From positions 806,001-870,000 of the forward strand of contig OZ237744.1 of assembly GCA_965178125.1 (NCBI GenBank): DNA of 64,000 nucleotides. The letters run 5' to 3'. The translations under genes were made by a program, and so were the position numbers. The notes beneath the pieces were generated by a model. It saw only the letters and a program-made list of their open reading frames with translations, did no database searches and was not told the origin of the DNA. Positions 62,101-64,000 of the stretch are shown piece after piece; position 1 is the first letter of the stretch, and the number at the start of each line of letters is the position of its first letter. This DNA is from Bilabrum cf. latius (taxonomy: Eukaryota).

Positions 62101-64000
62101 TGGCCGGCAGGGACTTGTTGACGGGCGGCGCCGTCAGCCTCCAGAGCGCCGCGCCCCTGTACCTGGCCTTGGGCCCCTACAGCACGGGCCGGTCGGGCGA
62201 CAGGGGCTGAGGGCCGTCTGAAATGGACTGGCGTGACGGTGATTGACTCAAACTGGGGCCGGGTGCGGACTTATCGCTTGGGCTCTATACTCGACTACTG
62301 GTTGATGATGCATTCCATGCACCTCTGGCTGGGGCCTGGTCCGGCATGCCATATCCTCCGATGGCGGCCATGCGGGTGGAGGCTGCAGCGGGGTAGTCCA
62401 TGTGCACCAGATCGTACATGGGCGGCAGGAGCAAGCCGGACGGGTAGAAGTCTTTCCCCACATAGTAGCTCAGGTCGCATCCGAAACGCGGGGTGCGAGT
62501 GCCGATGGGCTGCTTCCAGTACACGTCCCTGATCCAGTCCTTCACGGCCTGCTACACGGCGGGGCTGCCAGGTGTCTGGTTCCTGGGAGCCACGGGGCTG
62601 CATGTCTGCGTGGCGACACAGGACGGATCGTCCAAGATGACCTGCGCAGATGCGATAGAGCCAAATTCAACCGATTGCGTCCCGTCGGTAGTACTTATTG
62701 CTTGATTCGGAATCGGTCTTCCTTCCGGATCGCACAGCATGGATCCAGCGTCTGAGTAGTCGTAGAGCGCACCACCATCCGGGGATAGCACAGACGGGAT
62801 GGAGGCTACGTTCATCATCGTCTGCACCACGTACCCTTCATTGATGCGCCACGGGTAGGCGACACGCGGGAAGTCGGTTGGGTCAGTCGTTGCTTGCACA
62901 ACCATCTCGGCCACCGTCCCGGGGGGATACACCACGGTGAGGAGCTGATGCCACCTGTTGTCGACACCTGCCCCTGAGGATGGAAACCGGTAATCAAGGG
63001 TACCTGGCGGGTTGGGGATGTGGGCTGCCTGACTCTGCAAGGTGGTCTCTCGGGCGACAAAGCTGTTTTGTGGGAAGGCCTTGGCTGACGCGGCCCAAGG
63101 CTAACCAACGTCATTGTAGCAGTCGCGCGGATCGGACGTGGCGTTCCAGTTGGATCCACGCCAAAGCGTGGCCTGCCTGCATGTGTCATTGGGTGCTAGG
63201 GGTACTCCGGCAGGCGTGCACACATCGCCCAGCTGCACGGCCGGGCAATCTGCGACGGGGATGTTGTATTGCGCGACCATGGAGGCCTGCACTGGAAACA
63301 AATAGGTACCTGGGACGAGGCTATGCCCATGCGCAACGTTGTCCCGCACGCTGGAGTAGTACGTCGGCGCCCACGGACGCTTGGATTCCCCGACAGGTGT
63401 TGCTCCCGGGTACCTCTCGTATGAACCGCTCAGGAGCGGGCCCTGCACGGCGGTACCCGCCCGGGATACGTGTGGGACAAACGAAAATACCCACTCCTCC
63501 GTCGTCCACGGCTCCACTGATCGAGTCGGAGGCAACAATGCGCTGCTCCGAGGAGACACACCCACAGCATATGGGGCCTCCTGCGGGGATGCTGCAGCCG
63601 GGTACCTCCCGTCCATCGGGGCCGACAGCGTCGCGTTCACCAGACACTCCCCGATGGCCGCAGAAGTGCCGTCAGTGCCGTTCTGCCTGCACGCCGCGAT
63701 CGGACCCATCGAGCCTCCAGTGCCCCCAGGCATGGCCCCGCCCCACTGCCATCGAGACATGTTGCCTGGGACCCGAGGGGTCCATGGGATAGGCACCAGC
63801 TCGCAGCCGGCCAGGTCAGCGCCATCAGGAGACGGGCGCGCCGCGGCATCGGCAGAGTCGATGACACGCTTGTCTCGAGTGGCATGGACACCGATGCCGA
63901 TGGAGCTGGGGCCCCGAGTGGCGAACCAGGTGGCTGCAGGAAACAAAAACTGAGAATTACATCGGACTCACGACGAATATACATAGACGAGCTCGACAAT
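59198..64000 (-). CDS. Variable surface/membrane protein family, copy D (first exon beyond window end)
   Basis: Direct paralog of B and C; splice acceptor near 63936; TGA 59198-59200. Confidence 0.8.
59805..60145 (-). repeat. 45-bp coding tandem repeat, about 7.5 units (SQGSSSASVGLPPQA)
   Basis: Unit gaggcactgctgcttccttggcttgcttgcggcggcagacccacc repeated head to tail within copy D. Confidence 0.95.

Noticed and set aside
1-64000. Mass pseudogenisation as the cause of fragmented ORFs
   Set aside because: Interruptions are almost only TAG, with frames preserved and housekeeping genes affected; decay would also give TAA, TGA and frameshifts.
1-64000. Pyrrolysine or programmed leaky read-through
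   Set aside because: TAG is too frequent, occurs in tandem and in unrelated genes, and no pyl genes or shared downstream context are visible.
1-64000. tRNA (including a CUA suppressor) or rRNA genes
   Set aside because: None recognisable by eye in this window; this needs tRNAscan-SE/Infernal.

Overview
Gene-dense, GC-rich nuclear DNA from a eukaryote with short GT-AG introns. It is probably a flagellated protist of SAR type; that assignment is inferred from the profilin form and axonemal genes. The main result is a non-standard genetic code. TAG occurs in frame throughout otherwise intact genes and behaves as glutamine: it swaps with CAG/CAA between near-identical paralogs and occupies conserved Gln positions in EMC3 and a cyclase. 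TGA (most genes) and TAA (a few) still terminate genes. The supplied ORF track is therefore heavily fragmented. Read with UAG=Gln, 1-41.7 kb holds about 21 genes: TEX10/IPI1, NDUFS7, an ankyrin protein, a GST, a mitochondrial carrier, a coiled-coil protein, a truncated SEN1-like helicase, CELF, OSCP, a cyclase, EFHC/Rib72, profilin, RTF1, an amino-acid transporter, GH105, RPS26, EMC3, an SDR and others. 41.9-64 kb is an array of four paralogous genes (about 1500 aa each) for an unrecognised signal-peptide, multi-pass membrane protein. These genes are built from near-invariant blocks alternating with hypervariable cassettes, and a 5'-truncated non-LTR retrotransposon that also uses in-frame TAG lies between two of them. 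All family assignments are from motif recognition by eye, not database searches.
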